Shown piece after piece: positions 45,471-60,169 of a stretch of DNA of 64,000 bases. The position numbers and the translations under genes are program-made. The notes beneath the pieces were generated by a model that did not search any database, was not told where the DNA came from, and worked only from the letters and a program-made list of their open reading frames with translations. The first letter of the stretch is position 1. Each line of letters begins with the position of its first letter. Source of the stretch: Eledone cirrhosa (taxonomy: Eukaryota); contig OZ024743.1 of the NCBI GenBank assembly GCA_964016885.1, positions 311,240,001 through 311,304,000 of the forward strand. The letters run 5' to 3'.

Positions 45471-45994
45471 CGAAGTGCTTCAGCACAATTTCTCTCTAAC
45501 AAATTTTGATCCCAAGATATTTGCCTCCAACTGGAGAGTATAGCAAAGGACACTCGTCCGAAGTATCACGTGGTTGCAAAGTGAATTCTTTAACCAATCA
45601 AATAATGCATTAGTCTATAGACAAAGTATCCGAATCTATGGCCTGTATACTCGTGGTGATTAAATACGCGCCTGGAATAGAATCATATTTTACCAACTGC
45701 TTTGGAAAAGATTTAAACGAGAAAACTATATCTGTGAAGATCTACTATGGAGAAACAACAGAGAATATAGTATGAATGGATCTAAAACTATTAAAAATGA
45801 AGGGAATGGGCCCATTGTTAGACAGCAACGATTAAACTGTTTCAATTAATCTTTCCCTCGTTAATACTATCTCCCGGTTGTAAATCTTAGCAGAAACATC
45901 ATTACTTTTCTGGTCAAAATTGTACTCAGAAGGCACAGAACCAGAAGAGTTACCGATACTTTTTAACAAATTCTGATGATCCACCTTCCACCCC

Positions 45995-46160
45995 CTTTGG
46001 TATGGCCTGGTGCTTTATTTATTGACCCTTGAGAGACTGAAATGCAAAGATGTCCTTGGTGGGATTGAGGGATTTGAACTCAGAGTATAGAGAGCCGGAA
46101 TAGGGAATAAAGTGTTTAATCCAGTTCTCTAGCGACTCTCCTCTGCCAATTAGCCGCTTA
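45995..46160 (-). mobile_element. tRNA-derived SINE, diverged
   Basis: ctttattt.ttgaccc..gaaa.gcaaag, gatttgaactcag, ctgccaat. Confidence 0.65.
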
Positions 46161-47029
46161 AGCATGAGCGTGATAAGTTAATCATGTGTAAGCAGCAGTT
46201 GGGCTAAAGAGCTCTACCGATAAACACCATGACGTTTATACAATAAAGCAGAAAAATTCCGCGAGGCACATTTTTGCAGTAATATTTGAATTAGAAAATG
46301 CACAAAAGATTACATTGAAGTTGTTGAGATACAACATATGCATCGAAACAAGAGAATTGCAAAGATAAGTATCTTTAAAATATGTTTGAATATGTCAACA
46401 ATAAGCTTCATTTTGAATATTTTTTCAACAAAGTTTTATGAAACAAGAATATTGGAAGAGAAGTAAATTCTGACAATTAAAGTATTACCTGGAAAAGACG
46501 CAACAAGCATTGATACACGAGCATTATCAGTGGTAAGCTATAGGTTTAATCAAAGGAATTTATCTACCACGAATATAAGATAACTGCTGTCGGCTTACGT
46601 AAGTGAATAACTGAAAAATAGTTGCGTACATAATAATACTGTACTATATAACAAAGAAGCAAACTTACATATAGATATATGATAAAGTTATATATGTATA
46701 AATACACCATATTTCACCATTAATCAGTGAATCATATATATCAAATCTTGGATTATCGTTATGTTATTTCTAGCTGTCAATAACTCCTTTCACACCATTG
46801 GATTGACGGCGAAGCAATATGTATATTTTAAACTACACGTGGTCTGACACCGTTATTCCTTGATTTGCTTCTAGTGTGTGATCATAGACGGTTAAATCTT
46901 CTCCTTTGCCGATGATCCAAGATTTGACATCTATGATTCACTGATTAATGGTGGAATATATTTCTTCAATGGAATATATACAAAGGAGATTAATCATTAT
47001 TGCAAGATATCTATATTCAAGGTTCTCGT

Positions 47030-47508
47030 TAATTTTTAATATGTTACCCCAGTTACTCCGTAATATGTTACCTCCGTAATTTTTAATATGTTGCCCCCGT
47101 TACTCCGTAATATGTTACCTCCGTAATTTTTAATATGTTACCTCCGTTACTCCGTAATATGTTACCTCCGTAATTTTTAATATGTTACCTCCGTTACTCC
47201 ATAATATGTTACCTCCGTAATTTTTAATATGTTACCTCCGTAATTTTTAATATGTTACCTCCGTTACTCCGTAATATGTTACCTCCGTAATTTTTAATAT
47301 GTTACCTCCGTTACTCCGTAATATGTTACCTCCGTAATTTTTAATAAGTTACCTCCGTTACTCCGTAATATGTTACCTCCGTAATTTTTAATATGTTACC
47401 TCCGTTACTCCGTAATATGTTACCTCCGTAATTTTTAATATGTTACCTCCGTTACTCCGTAATATGTTACCTCCGTAATTTTTAATATGTTTCCCCCGTT
47501 ACTCCGTA
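47030..47508. repeat. ~47 bp minisatellite (24+23 bp subunits), about 10 copies
   Basis: gttacctccgttactccgtaatatgttacctccgtaatttttaatat repeated. Confidence 0.95.
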
Positions 47509-48277
47509 TTGGTACAGTGGGTTTTCTTAAAAGGGTAGATTTTGCTGATCAGGGATTTTATGGTGGTTCCTGGCTTTTCTACCACCTTTATTTTTAAGTG
47601 GGTTTTTCTCAGGGCCTTTCTACACTGGTTAACTAATTTCCCTCCAGGGGTGGCGTCCACAAACATGACACTCTGATATCTCTGGTTGTCGTACCATGAT
47701 GTGGCCTTCCCTATCTTATGTCTAGCCCTATCTAAGCTATTCCATGATTTGCTCCTGTATAGTGGGAAAATTCCTTTCATGTCCAGTTCTATGAGGGTCT
47801 TATACTTTTCCATGGCTCCTTCTCCTGTCTCTTTGGTTGTAGCCAGAGAACTGCATGCGGTTGATGAAGTGTTGGATGTGTCTTTCCATTTCTGTTGGGT
47901 CGCACATGCTGGACACATTCTTCATCACTCGTACCAAATCTGCGATCAGAATATTAAACTTAGCACTACTGGACATTGCTGAGTTTTTTAGTATCAGGTA
48001 TTTGGAGGCCATGGGTTTAGCATAGTGTGAGTGGAGAATTTGGGCTCTCTCGTCTATAGTGTTAATCCAGAGTTCTGTGTCTAATACAGGTAGTCTATTG
48101 TTAGGGTGTTTGGAAGGGAAGTCGATAGTTACAGTTATACTCTGGTGTATGGAATTAGCTATCTGCTGGATGCTTTCCATCGTGCTACGTTCTAAATCAA
48201 ACTTGTTAGTGCTCTCTAGTGGGGGTGTTCTTATAACTATATTGATATCGTCTACATAACGAGAGTACATGATGAGG

Positions 48278-48280
<3 letters not shown>
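47499..48280 (-). mobile_element. Penelope-like RT fragment
   Basis: YSRYVDDINIV, LPVLDTELW, HYAKPMAS, NRMQFSGY, FVDATPGG. Confidence 0.85.
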
Positions 48281-48321
<41 letters not shown>

Positions 48322-48455
48322 CCAGAATTAGCCATCGAAACGGCTTGAGCTCAGCTGTCGGAGTCTTACTGGTTCCTATTACCCACTCTACTACCTCAAG
48401 TATTGAGTACTTTGGTGCGTTATGGTCCACCTGGTTCCTTACCACATTTCCTTCG

Positions 48456-48531
<76 letters not shown>

Positions 48532-48612
48532 GGTAAACAGAAATAACAACACAATCGGTATAGTATATGGAAAGAATATATTAGGTTAACGCTTGAAATA
48601 GCAGGAAGAGAG

Positions 48613-48648
48613 TCTTAACGTTTCGCAGGCTAGTCCTTCATCAGAAGA
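48613..48648 (-). ncRNA. Minimal hammerhead (family B), stem II mutated
   Basis: RC: tctt CTGATGA aggactagcctgc GAAA cgTTA aga. Confidence 0.6.
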
Positions 48649-49728
48649 AAGAATAAGAAATAAGATAGATTGAAGGGACGGGTGGGGTGGAATTGGAAAA
48701 AATGTCTTTAGATAAAAAATAACAGGTCCATTCATGTTGACATCTCTTGGAAAACTGTTGGTGCTGGCGTTTTGTGTATGATTTATTTTTTTAGAAAAGT
48801 GGATGATGGAGTGCGTCTACCTGAAAAGGAAAAAAACGTGTTGTATAAAGAGCTATACGTGTGCTGCGTGTGCCTATGCTTGTGTGTGTGTTATTATATG
48901 TCCGTACGAAGCTAAGAACATATGTGTGTGTATATGTAAGTAAAGGTGTATAGGTGTGTGTGTGCTTGTAAATACGAAGCTATGAGCAAAAGTATGTTAA
49001 TGTAAGGGTGTGTGTGTGTATACAGAGCAGTGAAGGGAAAAGTGGAGTATGCATATTTGTAGGTCTACTGCAATAGTAAATTCGATCCCACTTACTTTTA
49101 TTTTCACTGTGCGTACTACAGTCACCTTAATTCTGGATACGGTCTTCGTAATAGCATCGAGTGATTCGAACGGCGTATCACCTGTAACTGCGGTTACACA
49201 CTATATATACATATACAAACAAGAAAAATGTACTAGAAACTTACTCGTGTATTAGTGTTATTGTGTGTGTATGCACATTTGCGTTTATGTATTATATAGA
49301 TTTAGGTATGACAAAATGTTTCCCACTTTATGAAAATAAACAAAACATGGTACATTCAAGTAACGTTATCGAATACAAACAATGTATTTATGCCCAGGTA
49401 TTAATCAAAATATAAAACGGTTCCGTTTTTTTAAAATAGTATGTTGAATGAAGGCAATAGAAAACGCTAATGATTATTTTAGGACAGTAGGTAAATACAA
49501 TTATAAAACTATCATTTTTAAGGAGACTGTCAGGAAATGCATAAAATACATTTATGAACAAATTAACGACGCCAAACAGCACAGAATGAAGATTGAAAAT
49601 GTTAGCGTTTTTATTATCATTGCATTTAGCTTTTATAATGAGTGTATTTACTCAGTCTGGTTTTTTTGGGCTTAATCAGAAAACTGTATATATCGAGTTA
49701 GAATGTATGTCACGCTATTGCTGACACA

Positions 49729-49799
<71 letters not shown>

Positions 49800-50139
49800 G
49801 TGATATGTGCGTATGTGTTTGTTTGTGTGTGAGTGTGTGTGTGTGATGTGCACGTGTGAGTGTGTATGTGTGTGTGTGTACGTCTGTCTGGGTGTATGTG
49901 TGTGTGTTGGTCTTTCATCTGTTCCGACGATGATTGATTCAGTTGTTCGAACAACCAAAAGAGCCTCTTAGTGAAATTAACGTGCAAATGGCTGAGTACC
50001 CTTAACATAGTTCTCAGGGAGATTCAGTGTGACATAGAATGTGTCAAGGGTGGTTCTTCCAATTAGAGGTACAATCCTGATCCAACAGCTAAGCTACGTG
50101 CTTTCACTGTTGATATATATCTCATTGTACTTGCAGGAA

Positions 50140-50900
50140 TGAAAAGCATTCAGTCATCAGAAGACGGGAGTTAGGCGCAAAAGCCAAATTCGCTATCTTC
50201 AATTCGGTTTTCGTGCCGATACTATGGCATGTGGTTAGAATGTAACAGGAAAGAATCGCTGGACAGATTTTACGGGCAAAATCAATCGGCAAGAGACCCA
50301 GGAGTAAACCCCAAGCAAGATGGGTGAATAACATCCATAAGCTTGGCTGCTCATGCTTGGAGATCCAGCTGAATCAGTTGGTGACGGTTACTTCTGACAG
50401 GTAGGAGTGTTTGAGGACCCTGTCCCAACGCCCCTCTCGGGAATAAGTGGGCGAAGAAGAACTCTATATTCTAGCCGACTATCTTTCGGAACCAATATCC
50501 TTTACACCCTTCTTCTTCTTCTTCTTCTTCTTCTTCTTCTTCTTCTTCTTCTTCTTCTTCTTCTTCTTCTTCTTCTTCTTCTTCTTCTTCTTCTTCTTCT
50601 TCTTCTTCTCAGGAGGGTCGCTTTGGCTGTCCCTCAAGCGAGTCCTGTCTGAAGCAACCGCCTCCAATTAATCCGGTTGGAGCCCCAAGCGCGACCAGTC
50701 CAGTTCATGGATATTATCCAACCATCTTGCTCCAGGTTTGCCTCTGGGTCTCCTGCCAGTTAGTTTTTGCCCTTAAAATCTGTCCAGCGATTCTTTCCTG
50801 GGACATTCTAATCAGATGTCCGTAATATCGGAGCTGTGATCTCGCAATTCGGAGAAGTGTTGATTCTACCTGGAGCGACTCAGAAGGGATTTCTGACATG
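50140..50900. mobile_element. Two convergent RTE LINE 3' ends, one with an (AAG)n tail
   Basis: Plus copy 50140-50462 (ERIAGQILRAK); minus copy 50510-50900 (QLRYYGHLIRMSQERIAGQILRAK) ending in (aag)n. Confidence 0.75.
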
Positions 50901-51179
50901 CATTTGAAGGGTTTGCTGCCGAGTGTTGCAAGACAGGAATGAAGATGACTTGGTACCTACATTTTTCAATATCTTTGAGGATTGAATAGCGAACTTGTCT
51001 CTAACTGAATCAGAAAGCAGAAATAAAGAAGTTTGCCTAAAACTAATAAAGTTTTAATAGCCCAATTCTAGTGGTTCAGCTATGCAATCGCTGTTATTTT
51101 TCTAGGATATCTAAATGATTTATCTAAACGGTATTTAAAACCAATTTAATACACTAAAACAATAACTAGATTGAGAATT

Positions 51180-52030
51180 ACAGCCACTTCTCACTTAAGG
51201 ATCAGGTTCCATTACACCGATCTAGTCGTAAAGCGAATTGATCGGTAAACGAACCCCTAATTTAATGACTAGGTTGATATTAACGACAATTAGATATTAC
51301 TTTAATGTCATTCGCCAGGCAATGGAGTTTACTAGAGTATCATAAAGTTACTAATATTAAATGAATTATCTGAATAGAGAAATCAGTAAATGTCTAATGG
51401 AAACGAGACAGTGAATAGCTAAAGTCGTTAAAACGTTGGATAGAATGCTTTTCAGTATTCGTTTCGGCTCTCTGAGTTCAAATCCCAAGCACCGGTCTAT
51501 GAATCTCACTAGCCTTATCTTGAATGAATCTGCTGTATTCAAACCTGGAGTGGAGATTGGCTCCGCTAGGTTTTTTAAATGCCCCAGAAATGCCGTATAT
51601 CAATTCGGCGCCCCAGCGACTTCCTGAAAAGATACAGGACCACACATACTAATGGAAACACTATCTTAGTAACTGCTAATTGGTTTTATTTTGCAAGTGT
51701 TTTAATATATTTTAAAACAGAAAGAAATAGCGGACATAGAAATTTACATAAAAGAAATTCAAAAAGTATATAACATAGATATGTGCACAAGATAACTGCC
51801 GTTGTAAGTGTGAGCGGTCGTTAAACGAGATAGTCTTTAAGGGAGAAGTCGCTGACAATTACGGTTGCATGTGTGAGGGATCATTTAATGAGACAGTCAT
51901 TAAATGAGAAATTGCCGGCGATTACGGTTATATGTGTGAGAAGTCGTTAACCTAGTGAGAAATTGTTGAAAATTATAGTCGTATGTTTGAGCGGTCGTTA
52001 AACGAGGTAGTCGTTAAATGAGAAAATGTA
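51180..52030. mobile_element. Tigger-like MITE with ~60 bp subterminal tandem repeats
   Basis: taca..ttctcacttaa / ttaaatgagaa..tgta imperfect TIRs; gtcgttaaacgag repeats at 51800-52025. Confidence 0.5.
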
Positions 52031-52509
52031 TATATATTATTTCTATACTGGTGACATGTTAATCCACAGAATCGAAAATTAAATAAAACCAGATTTCGAT
52101 GTATTAAAGAAATTCACTGCAGCAAGGCCGCATGAGTTCATTTATATCTACGATTCCTTAATCTACTGTCAAACCGGATTATATGATCCGTATATATTAT
52201 TTGTATCCATACGGCTGCAATTTACGAGCGTTGTTCCCAAAGATATGAACCTGACTTTAAGCCCTTTGACAGTGATCCAAAATTGTTTTTCTAGGATTGT
52301 TATATTATAATATATTGTATATATCTTTCTCTCGGGGATTATTTGTAATCAAATATGGCTTAGTGTTATTTTTTAGTGTATTTTTTCAGTTTATATTTAA
52401 ACAACCAAGTAATTCCATGCTTCGCTCTTTCATGGAACTGTGAACCAAAAGTGCTGGTACAAGCACGTCGGCGGATACTGTTGATTACAGTTAGCAGTGC
52501 TCTGATAGG

Positions 52510-53556
52510 TCTTGCTCTTGCTTTTACTTTCTCGTTGTTCTGATCAATTTGATTCTGTAACTTTTATTTATTTCTTTACAACTTATTTCCTACATTTCTC
52601 GCAATCAATCGCTGTCTTCTCCCAAGTAGTAATAATCAGATTATCTACTTCATTAGGTGTCGTTTTACGACACCATTATAACGGAGTTTTGGGTGTCCTC
52701 AACGATGGCCTTCATATTTCAGCTCGCTATAGAGCATAGTTTTGAGGATTCTAATGCCCTCTATACAAATCACATATTGAACCCAGCGTAGCTGAAGCTC
52801 CAGCATGATGGGTTTAATACTAGTAATATTTCCGAGCTGCAGAATCACCTGTTTGGAGATATGGTCTCTCCAGTAAATATTCATTAATTACCGTAAATAG
52901 AGTGGGTAAGTGTCATCGGAGTACAGCAGACTGCTCGGTATACTTTACATCCTGTTGACAGTTTTATACCCTCTTGTATCCAGAGACGGTCGTTAAGCAA
53001 CAGCAACAGACTGGATGCGATGACCTATCAACGTATCCAGACTGTTGTCATCAGAAATTATACTTCCTAAATAGGTGAACATTTTTCCAACACTCAGAGG
53101 CAGGTTTACAGTCAGTGTGGTCAAAGGTTCATGTTCTTGCATTATAGATTCTGTCTGGTATAAGACTTCAGTCCTTTTTTACATTGAGAGGCCATGGGCT
53201 GTCGCAGAACATTTTGAATGATATGTAATTCTCTGGAGAACATTTGGAATGATATGTAATTCGCCACCATGGAGTGGGCACTAGAGCCGAATCATCAGCA
53301 AAGAGAAAATCACAGATACGCATATCACTATAAGTCCTATAGAATCTTAACTGGATAGATTTAACAGTACACCGTCGATTCTTGTGCAGATATATACACC
53401 ACCTTCTTGCCACATTTTCAAGAATAGAATCCACGAATATTGCCAACAGCGTTGGAAGGTGCACACAGCTTTGCTTTAGCTCATGGGCTGAATTGTCACC
53501 TCCAAATGAGACAGTAGCAGACATACTATCGCAGAACTGCCTGAGGATATTGAAAG

Positions 53557-53560
<4 letters not shown>
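52510..53560 (-). mobile_element. Decayed RTE (BovB-like) RT fragment
   Basis: LKQSCVHLPTLLAIF, DFLFADDSAL, IYWRDHIS..QLRWV..LYSEL. Confidence 0.75.
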
Positions 53561-53612
<52 letters not shown>

Positions 53613-54409
53613 GCGCGCACAGCCACAGCCATTCGAAAATGGCTAAACTGAAGATTTGATGAAATCAACTTGACATTGCCAATAAAACACGTGTATCCTA
53701 ATGCTTGTTAGCATAATAAATAACTATATATATATATATACATATATATATATGTGTGTGTGTGTATTTATATATGTATGTTTGTATGTACATGTATATG
53801 TATGAATGTATGCATGTATGTACGTATGTATGCATATATGTATGTATGCATATATGTATGAATATATGTATGTTTGTATATATGTATGTTTGTATATATG
53901 TATGTTTGTATATATGTATGTATGTATTTATGATGGTATCCAATGATGTTGACTTGTTCTTTTTGGTAAATATCATCTTGGTTAAGAGAGTGGGACTGGC
54001 TTTGTGCAGTGCCTTTGCTCACTATAAAAGCTTCACGGCACAGGCATTGCTTTATATCTGGAGATCTCTCTGCACTTGTCGTCACATGGTACCATGGGCC
54101 CAGCACTATGTGTCAATAATTGTCACAAGTGTAGTGTTTGTACCAGAGTTTTCAAGTCGCTGGCTGGACTAAAAAGTCACACTCGTTCAGCGCATCGGTA
54201 GGGGTTCTCCTACATGGATATAAAGTAGTGGCCGTACTCGAAAACGAGTTGGCAGCCACCATGTATGTATGTATCTATGTATGTATGTATGTATGTATGT
54301 ATGTATGTATGTATGTATGTATGTATGTATATGAAAAGTGAATTGTTAAATTCCTAAAAAGTGAAAAGTTAACGGTGATTTCATTGTGAAATAAAAGTAT
54401 ATGACTGGT

Positions 54410-54560
54410 CTGTGTGGTTAAGTAGATTGGTTCGCAACCATATGTTTCAGGTTCAATCCTTCAGTCCTACTGCGTAACACCTTGAGCAAATATCTTATAT
54501 AACTTCGGGTTGACCCCCAATGCCTTGTGAGTGGGATTTGGTAGACGGAAACTAGAAAAA
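54410..54560 (+). mobile_element. tRNA-derived SINE (second family)
   Basis: gtgtggttaag, ggttcaatcc, ccttgagcaa, gccttgtgagtgg.atttggtagacggaaact. Confidence 0.7.
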
Positions 54561-54628
54561 TATATATATATATATGTATGTCTGTTTGTGTGTATATATG
54601 TGTATATGTATGTATGTGTATGTGTATG

Positions 54629-54691
<63 letters not shown>

Positions 54692-54794
54692 TGTACATAT
54701 ATATACATATATATATGTAGATGTGTGTATATGTATATATGTGTATATATGTGTTTGAATGTGTGTATATATATATATATGTATATGTGTATGC

Positions 54795-54895
<101 letters not shown>

Positions 54896-54897
54896 TG

Positions 54898-55765
54898 CTT
54901 GTAGACACCTGAAATATAACTTAAGAGAAACTTACCAATAAGAAGAGGCACCCTAATTCGAACTTGTTTATAGAATTCATTCTGCCTGTCTCACTCTAAA
55001 TATAGCTTTAAAGAATTACATTTTAAAGAATTCCGCTTTCTTTAAACCATTGACCTCCACCCATCTTGTAGACACCTGAAATATAGGCATTGTTAGCTTA
55101 AGAGAAACTTAAAAATGAGGAGTGGTCTCCAATCTGTACTTGTTTATAGAATTCTTTCTGCCTTTGTCACTCCAAATATAAATTATAGCTTTAAAGAATT
55201 AGCTTTTAAAGAATTCCCTTTTCTTTAAACCCATCAACCGATCACCTCTACCCATCCCAATCCCGACTCTCTCCTACCACCAGAAAAGATATAAATACCA
55301 CCATATTTACTTGGATAGTCAGCTACCTGATGATTTCTCATGAATGAAACAGTTCTAGTCCTGTAGAAGCTTTTCTATATTAAACATTTATACTCTGCTA
55401 TGTATTGAGTACCTTACTTACTGTGGTTACCCCCGATTGAACCCGGAATAATTTATATATATTATAGAATTCTTTCTGCCTTTGTCACTCTAAATATAAA
55501 TTATAGCTTTAAAGAATTAGCTTTTAATGAATTCCCTTTTCTTTCAACCAATGACCTCCACCCATCCCACTCCCCACCCTCTCTTACCACCTGAAAAGAT
55601 ATAAATACCACAACATTTATTTTGGACAGCCAGATTCCTGATGATTTCTAAAGAATGAAACAGTTCTAGTCCTGTAGAATCTCATCTATATTAAAACTGT
55701 TATACTCTGCTATGTATTGAGTACCTTACTTACTGTGGTTACCTCCGATTCAACCCTGAATAACT
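54898..55765 (+). repeat. Tandem partial copies of the family C terminal repeat with two hammerheads (55321-55371, 55632-55682)
   Basis: Matches 38325-38710; CTGATGA tttc..gaat GAAA cag ttctagtc ctg TA gaa occurs twice, ~311 bp apart. Confidence 0.85.
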
Positions 55766-55768
55766 TAC

Positions 55769-55822
<54 letters not shown>

Positions 55823-56408
55823 GGGTGTGTATGATTGTGTGTAGAAGATTATATTATTAAAAGGAATTCCAACTTTGTCTGATTTACTCGTTTTATTTAC
55901 AATCCTTTAAAATTATAATGATATTATAATGAAATAGTACGGTAGAATATTAAATTCTAAATGTTAATTGAACACGTACTTTCATGCTTTCGCAATCTTC
56001 AGGTTCATATTCAGTGGTGACAGTCAAGTTTGCAATTTTCAACTGTAATGAGATGGGTAAAATCTGTGCCTTATATACAGTAAAAAGGGGCTACAGAATG
56101 CTAAGTTTTGCAAACTGTAATTCGACCAATCGGTGTGTAGTTTCACTAGATTACTAAAGCTGATTGGTTTAGGCGTCACGGTTGGTTGAGTATGTCTAAC
56201 GACTTCTATTTGACCCTATCTAAAGCATCAATTGTTTTGCTATATTTAGAAATGATGAAAATAGCATTTTCTAGGGTATTTACAAAAAATCTTCAGTAAT
56301 CATCAACATCAACATCACTTTTATTATTATTATTGTTGTTGTTGTCAGTGTTGGTAGTCGACATGGTTGTAGGCGTAGTCATAGTAGAAGTAATAGCCCT
56401 AAGCATTA

Positions 56409-59400
56409 TTATTGTTCATTTAACTTGGGTTGGAATTTATCAATAAAATTCTTTTCTTTAATTTTTCTTGGTCTGTGTAGTTTGTAGAATGGAAATAGTA
56501 TAAATATTTCCTGACCACATGTTGCTAGATGGTTACTCAGGGGTATCTGGCGGACATTTGGGTCTCTGATTTGCTGTCGGTGCACCCGTGCATGAACGTT
56601 CCGATAGTGCATATCCAGTTTGACCGACATAGTTCTTCACAATTCGGGTATTTAATGCAGTAAATTAGATTTCTGCTTTTGCAGTTCATATTTGCATTTG
56701 GGAATATTATTCCAGTTTTTGTGTTCATATATTGACCAGTATGTATGGACTGACATGTGCCACATCGACTATCATTGCGTTTAGATACAGTGAATGATTG
56801 GTCTTTGTTGTTAAGGTCAAACTTTGCTTTTGTTAGTAATTTCTTCAAATTATTCGGGTATCTTTTACTAAGAGTCAAAGATCGGTCTGTGATTAAACTT
56901 TTTAATTCGTTACTTTCAGCAATGATCGGTAGGTTTGTTTTGGCAGTGTTGAAGATATTCTGGTGACATGGGTTGTGTGTCATTATAAATGGTATGATCA
57001 GTTCTTAGTTTCTTCCTTGGGTTGTCCTAAGTTGTTGTATAGGTATTTTTATAGTCCGCTGTATGCCATTTTCTATAAGTAGAGATGGGTATTTTTGTTT
57101 GAGCAAAAATTCTCTCAGTTCTGTTAGGCGTTTGTTCCTGGTATTCGTATCTTCTACAATGGTACAAATTCTTCTGGCTAGGCAGTATGGGATGTTGCGT
57201 TTTGTATGAGGTAGATGGCACGACTTAAAATTCAGATATTGATGGGTGTCTGTGTGTTTATAGTATATATCCGTGGTAATGGTGGTGTCGTTTTTGATTA
57301 CCATTATATCTAGGAATGGTAATTTGGTACTACTCATCTCTTTTGCAAATTGGAGAGATGGGTGTAGGTTATTCAGGAGGATATTGAACTCATCCAGAGT
57401 ATCTAGAGATTCTGTCCACATGATGAAACAGTCGTCAAGGTATCTCTTCCAAGACTTTTCAATGTACTTTCTAAATTCAGTGTTATATTTTTCCTCTATT
57501 TCTTGGTAGAATTGTTGTTCTAGTATCCCATTACAGAGTTTGCGTAAACGAGAGCAAACTTCGTTCCTATCACTGTGCCTCTAATTTGGATGTAATTCTT
57601 TCCATTGAAGAAGAAAGTGTTGTTTTTCAGAATAAGTCTGACTGCGTCTAATATAAATGGCGCTGTGAATCTGATGGGAATCACTTCTCTATGTTTTTCA
57701 ACCCAGTATTTAACCGCATTTATTCCTAAATCATGTGTAATGTTGGTGTAAACTAAGTAGAAGGTAATTCGTTTCCGTTGTTTTGGGGAAGATGGGACAG
57801 GAAGTCGATATCATACCGGATGAAACTGGGTATGTGAATACATAGTGGTTTCAAAATAATGTCAACAAAATTGCTTTAATAGGTCTAAGTTTTAAGTCTT
57901 TTGAGTGTAGTAATTTAATGTACTAATTTTTTTGTTCTTTTATTGCTAGTTGTATTTCTTTTGACTTGTGAATTTTCGGTAAGCCACACAGGTTGCTGGG
58001 TTTGGGCTCAAAATTGGAGATGTAGTCACTTTCCTTATTAGTAAATGAGTTGTAGTGTTTTGAAGCCAGGTTCTTGATCTTCTTCATGATGTTGTGGTCT
58101 ATATTTGACGGTATTTTGTGATAGAATGTTGTGTATTTCAGTTGTTCCTCAACCAAATCTTTGTAGTATTCAGCATCTATTATAACAATTGCACCCCCTT
58201 TATCTGCTTGTTTAATTATTATTGTTTTATCATTTTGTGTACGTTTAAGTGCAGACATTTCCGATTTGTTAATATTTGGCCTAACATTAGTATTACGTCT
58301 AAGAGGAAATTTAGACAGGATATCAATATATTGGTCGAGATAGATATTTCTTCCTTTTGACGGAGTGAAATTTGATTTATTTATCACTCCCATTACTTTT
58401 ATCAGCAAAGAATTCTACAAGTCGTAATTTTCGATAGAATTCTTGGGTATCCTCCTTTAGTTCTTGGTGGTTGACTGTTGGAGTCGGTGTGAATTTCAGT
58501 CCTTTTGACAGAATTTGCATGTCATCATTTTCAAGATCTCTTTTGGATAAATTAATTATTTTAGGATCTACGTGTTCAGTTGTTTTGGGTATGTTTCCTC
58601 CTGGAGTTTTTCTTTTTCCGTTTTTTTTTTTTTTGTCCTGACGTTAAAAAATGGATTTTTCTCTGTTCAGGATTTATATTCCTGTTGGTGTTTGCTTGAT
58701 GAACTTTCGGTCGTGATAGTATGCTTAGTTTCGTTATGTTTTTTGTCCTATTTTTGGTGTTATGTATATTATTTTTCTATTTCTTGTTAGCATTGTTTTT
58801 AACAATCTGGGAAAAGGACCTAGGTTTGCTTTCAGGTTTAGATCATTTTTTCGCCCAGTTTCTTGTAGGTAATAGCTGTTGAGATCTTGAGAGTGATCTG
58901 GTTATTCTACGGTTTTTTCCCCGTTCCTTGTGGGTAGTCTCTGTTGAGATCTTGAGAATGATCACCTGGTTTTTCTACTTCTCATGGTCTGGTCAAAGGA
59001 ATATCTATCGTGTTTGTGCTTTTTGTTCATGTTGTGTGCGTTAGGGTGTTTTTGTAGAAAAAGCGAAGAGTTCTTACCGTAGTTCTTCTTTGATTCAAGG
59101 TGAGGTGAGTGTTCGTGTTGCCACGTGTTCTGGCGTATGTTGTGCTGGCGAGATTGTCCAATTTTAATGCTTTTTCTCAGAGTTCCAGACTCTTTACCGT
59201 AATTTGCAGCATATTCGTCGAGAAATAATTGTTTCTGCTGCAATAACTTTCTTGATTTGCTTTCTTCTTTTGAGATATCTCTGATCCATAGTTCTCGTAG
59301 TTTTTCAGCTATATTACCAGTCACTAGCTTTGAAATTTCGACTTCAATTTGGTCATCGATAGCTTCGTATTTGGCTTTGTAGCGGGATTGTTTACATTGC

Positions 59401-59924
59401 GTAATGGAGATGTCGGTCCTGAATTTTGTCAATGTAAGTTCCCATCGGAGTTTTGTTTCTTCTTCTGGCTCTCCTGCAATTTCTTTAATTAGGTATTTAC
59501 GAGGGAGTATGGGTGCCGTTAGAGAGAGCCATTTCGAATGTGTTTCGACATATTTTTCGCATTTGTATGCTTTCCAGAAGTTTTGTTTTCTTATGTTAAG
59601 AAATGTTTTCAATGTCTTCCACATTCCTTTTCTTATTCAATGTGTTTCGTTTTCCAAATTTCTTTCGTTTAGTTCTGACATCTAAGGGGATTGTGGTAGG
59701 CTTTCTCTTGTATCTTTGATAACTGTTAGTATAATTTCAGGTAAATTCTTAATTTCAGAGTTTATATATTCAGTTATACGTTTTCCGTCTGTAGATTGTT
59801 TTTCTATTTCCTTTAAAATAGAGAATTGTGGGCAAATCATCGTAATAAGTGTTGATAATTTCGATGATATCTCCTTTAGAATTCTTTTTGATTCTGTTGA
59901 TTTCATTTGTTCCTTTTGAGACAT
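56409..59924 (-). pseudogene. Penelope polyprotein (long N-terminus, RT, GIY-YIG), disrupted
   Basis: IIKQADKGG, GLPKIHK, GTVIGTKFA, RYLDDCF, LPFLDIMV, YKHTDTHQYL, CKSRNLIYCI, FIDKFQPKLN. Confidence 0.9.
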
Positions 59925-59943
59925 GTTGGCATATACACAATAG

Positions 59944-59985
<42 letters not shown>

Positions 59986-60130
59986 GGGTGTGTATGATTG
60001 TGTATAGAAGATTATATTAATAAAAGAATTCCAACACTGTCTGATTTACTCGTTTTATTTACAATCCTTTAAAATTATAATGATATTATAATGAAATAGT
60101 ACGGTAGAATATTAAATTCTAAATGTTAAT

Positions 60131-60169
60131 TGAACAAGTACTTTCATGCTTTCGCAATCTTCAGGTTCA
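60131..60169 (-). ncRNA. Minimal hammerhead in pseudo-LTR (family H); second copy at 55969-56007
   Basis: RC: tgaac CTGAAGA t tgc gaaa gca t GAAA gtac TT gttca. Confidence 0.8.
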
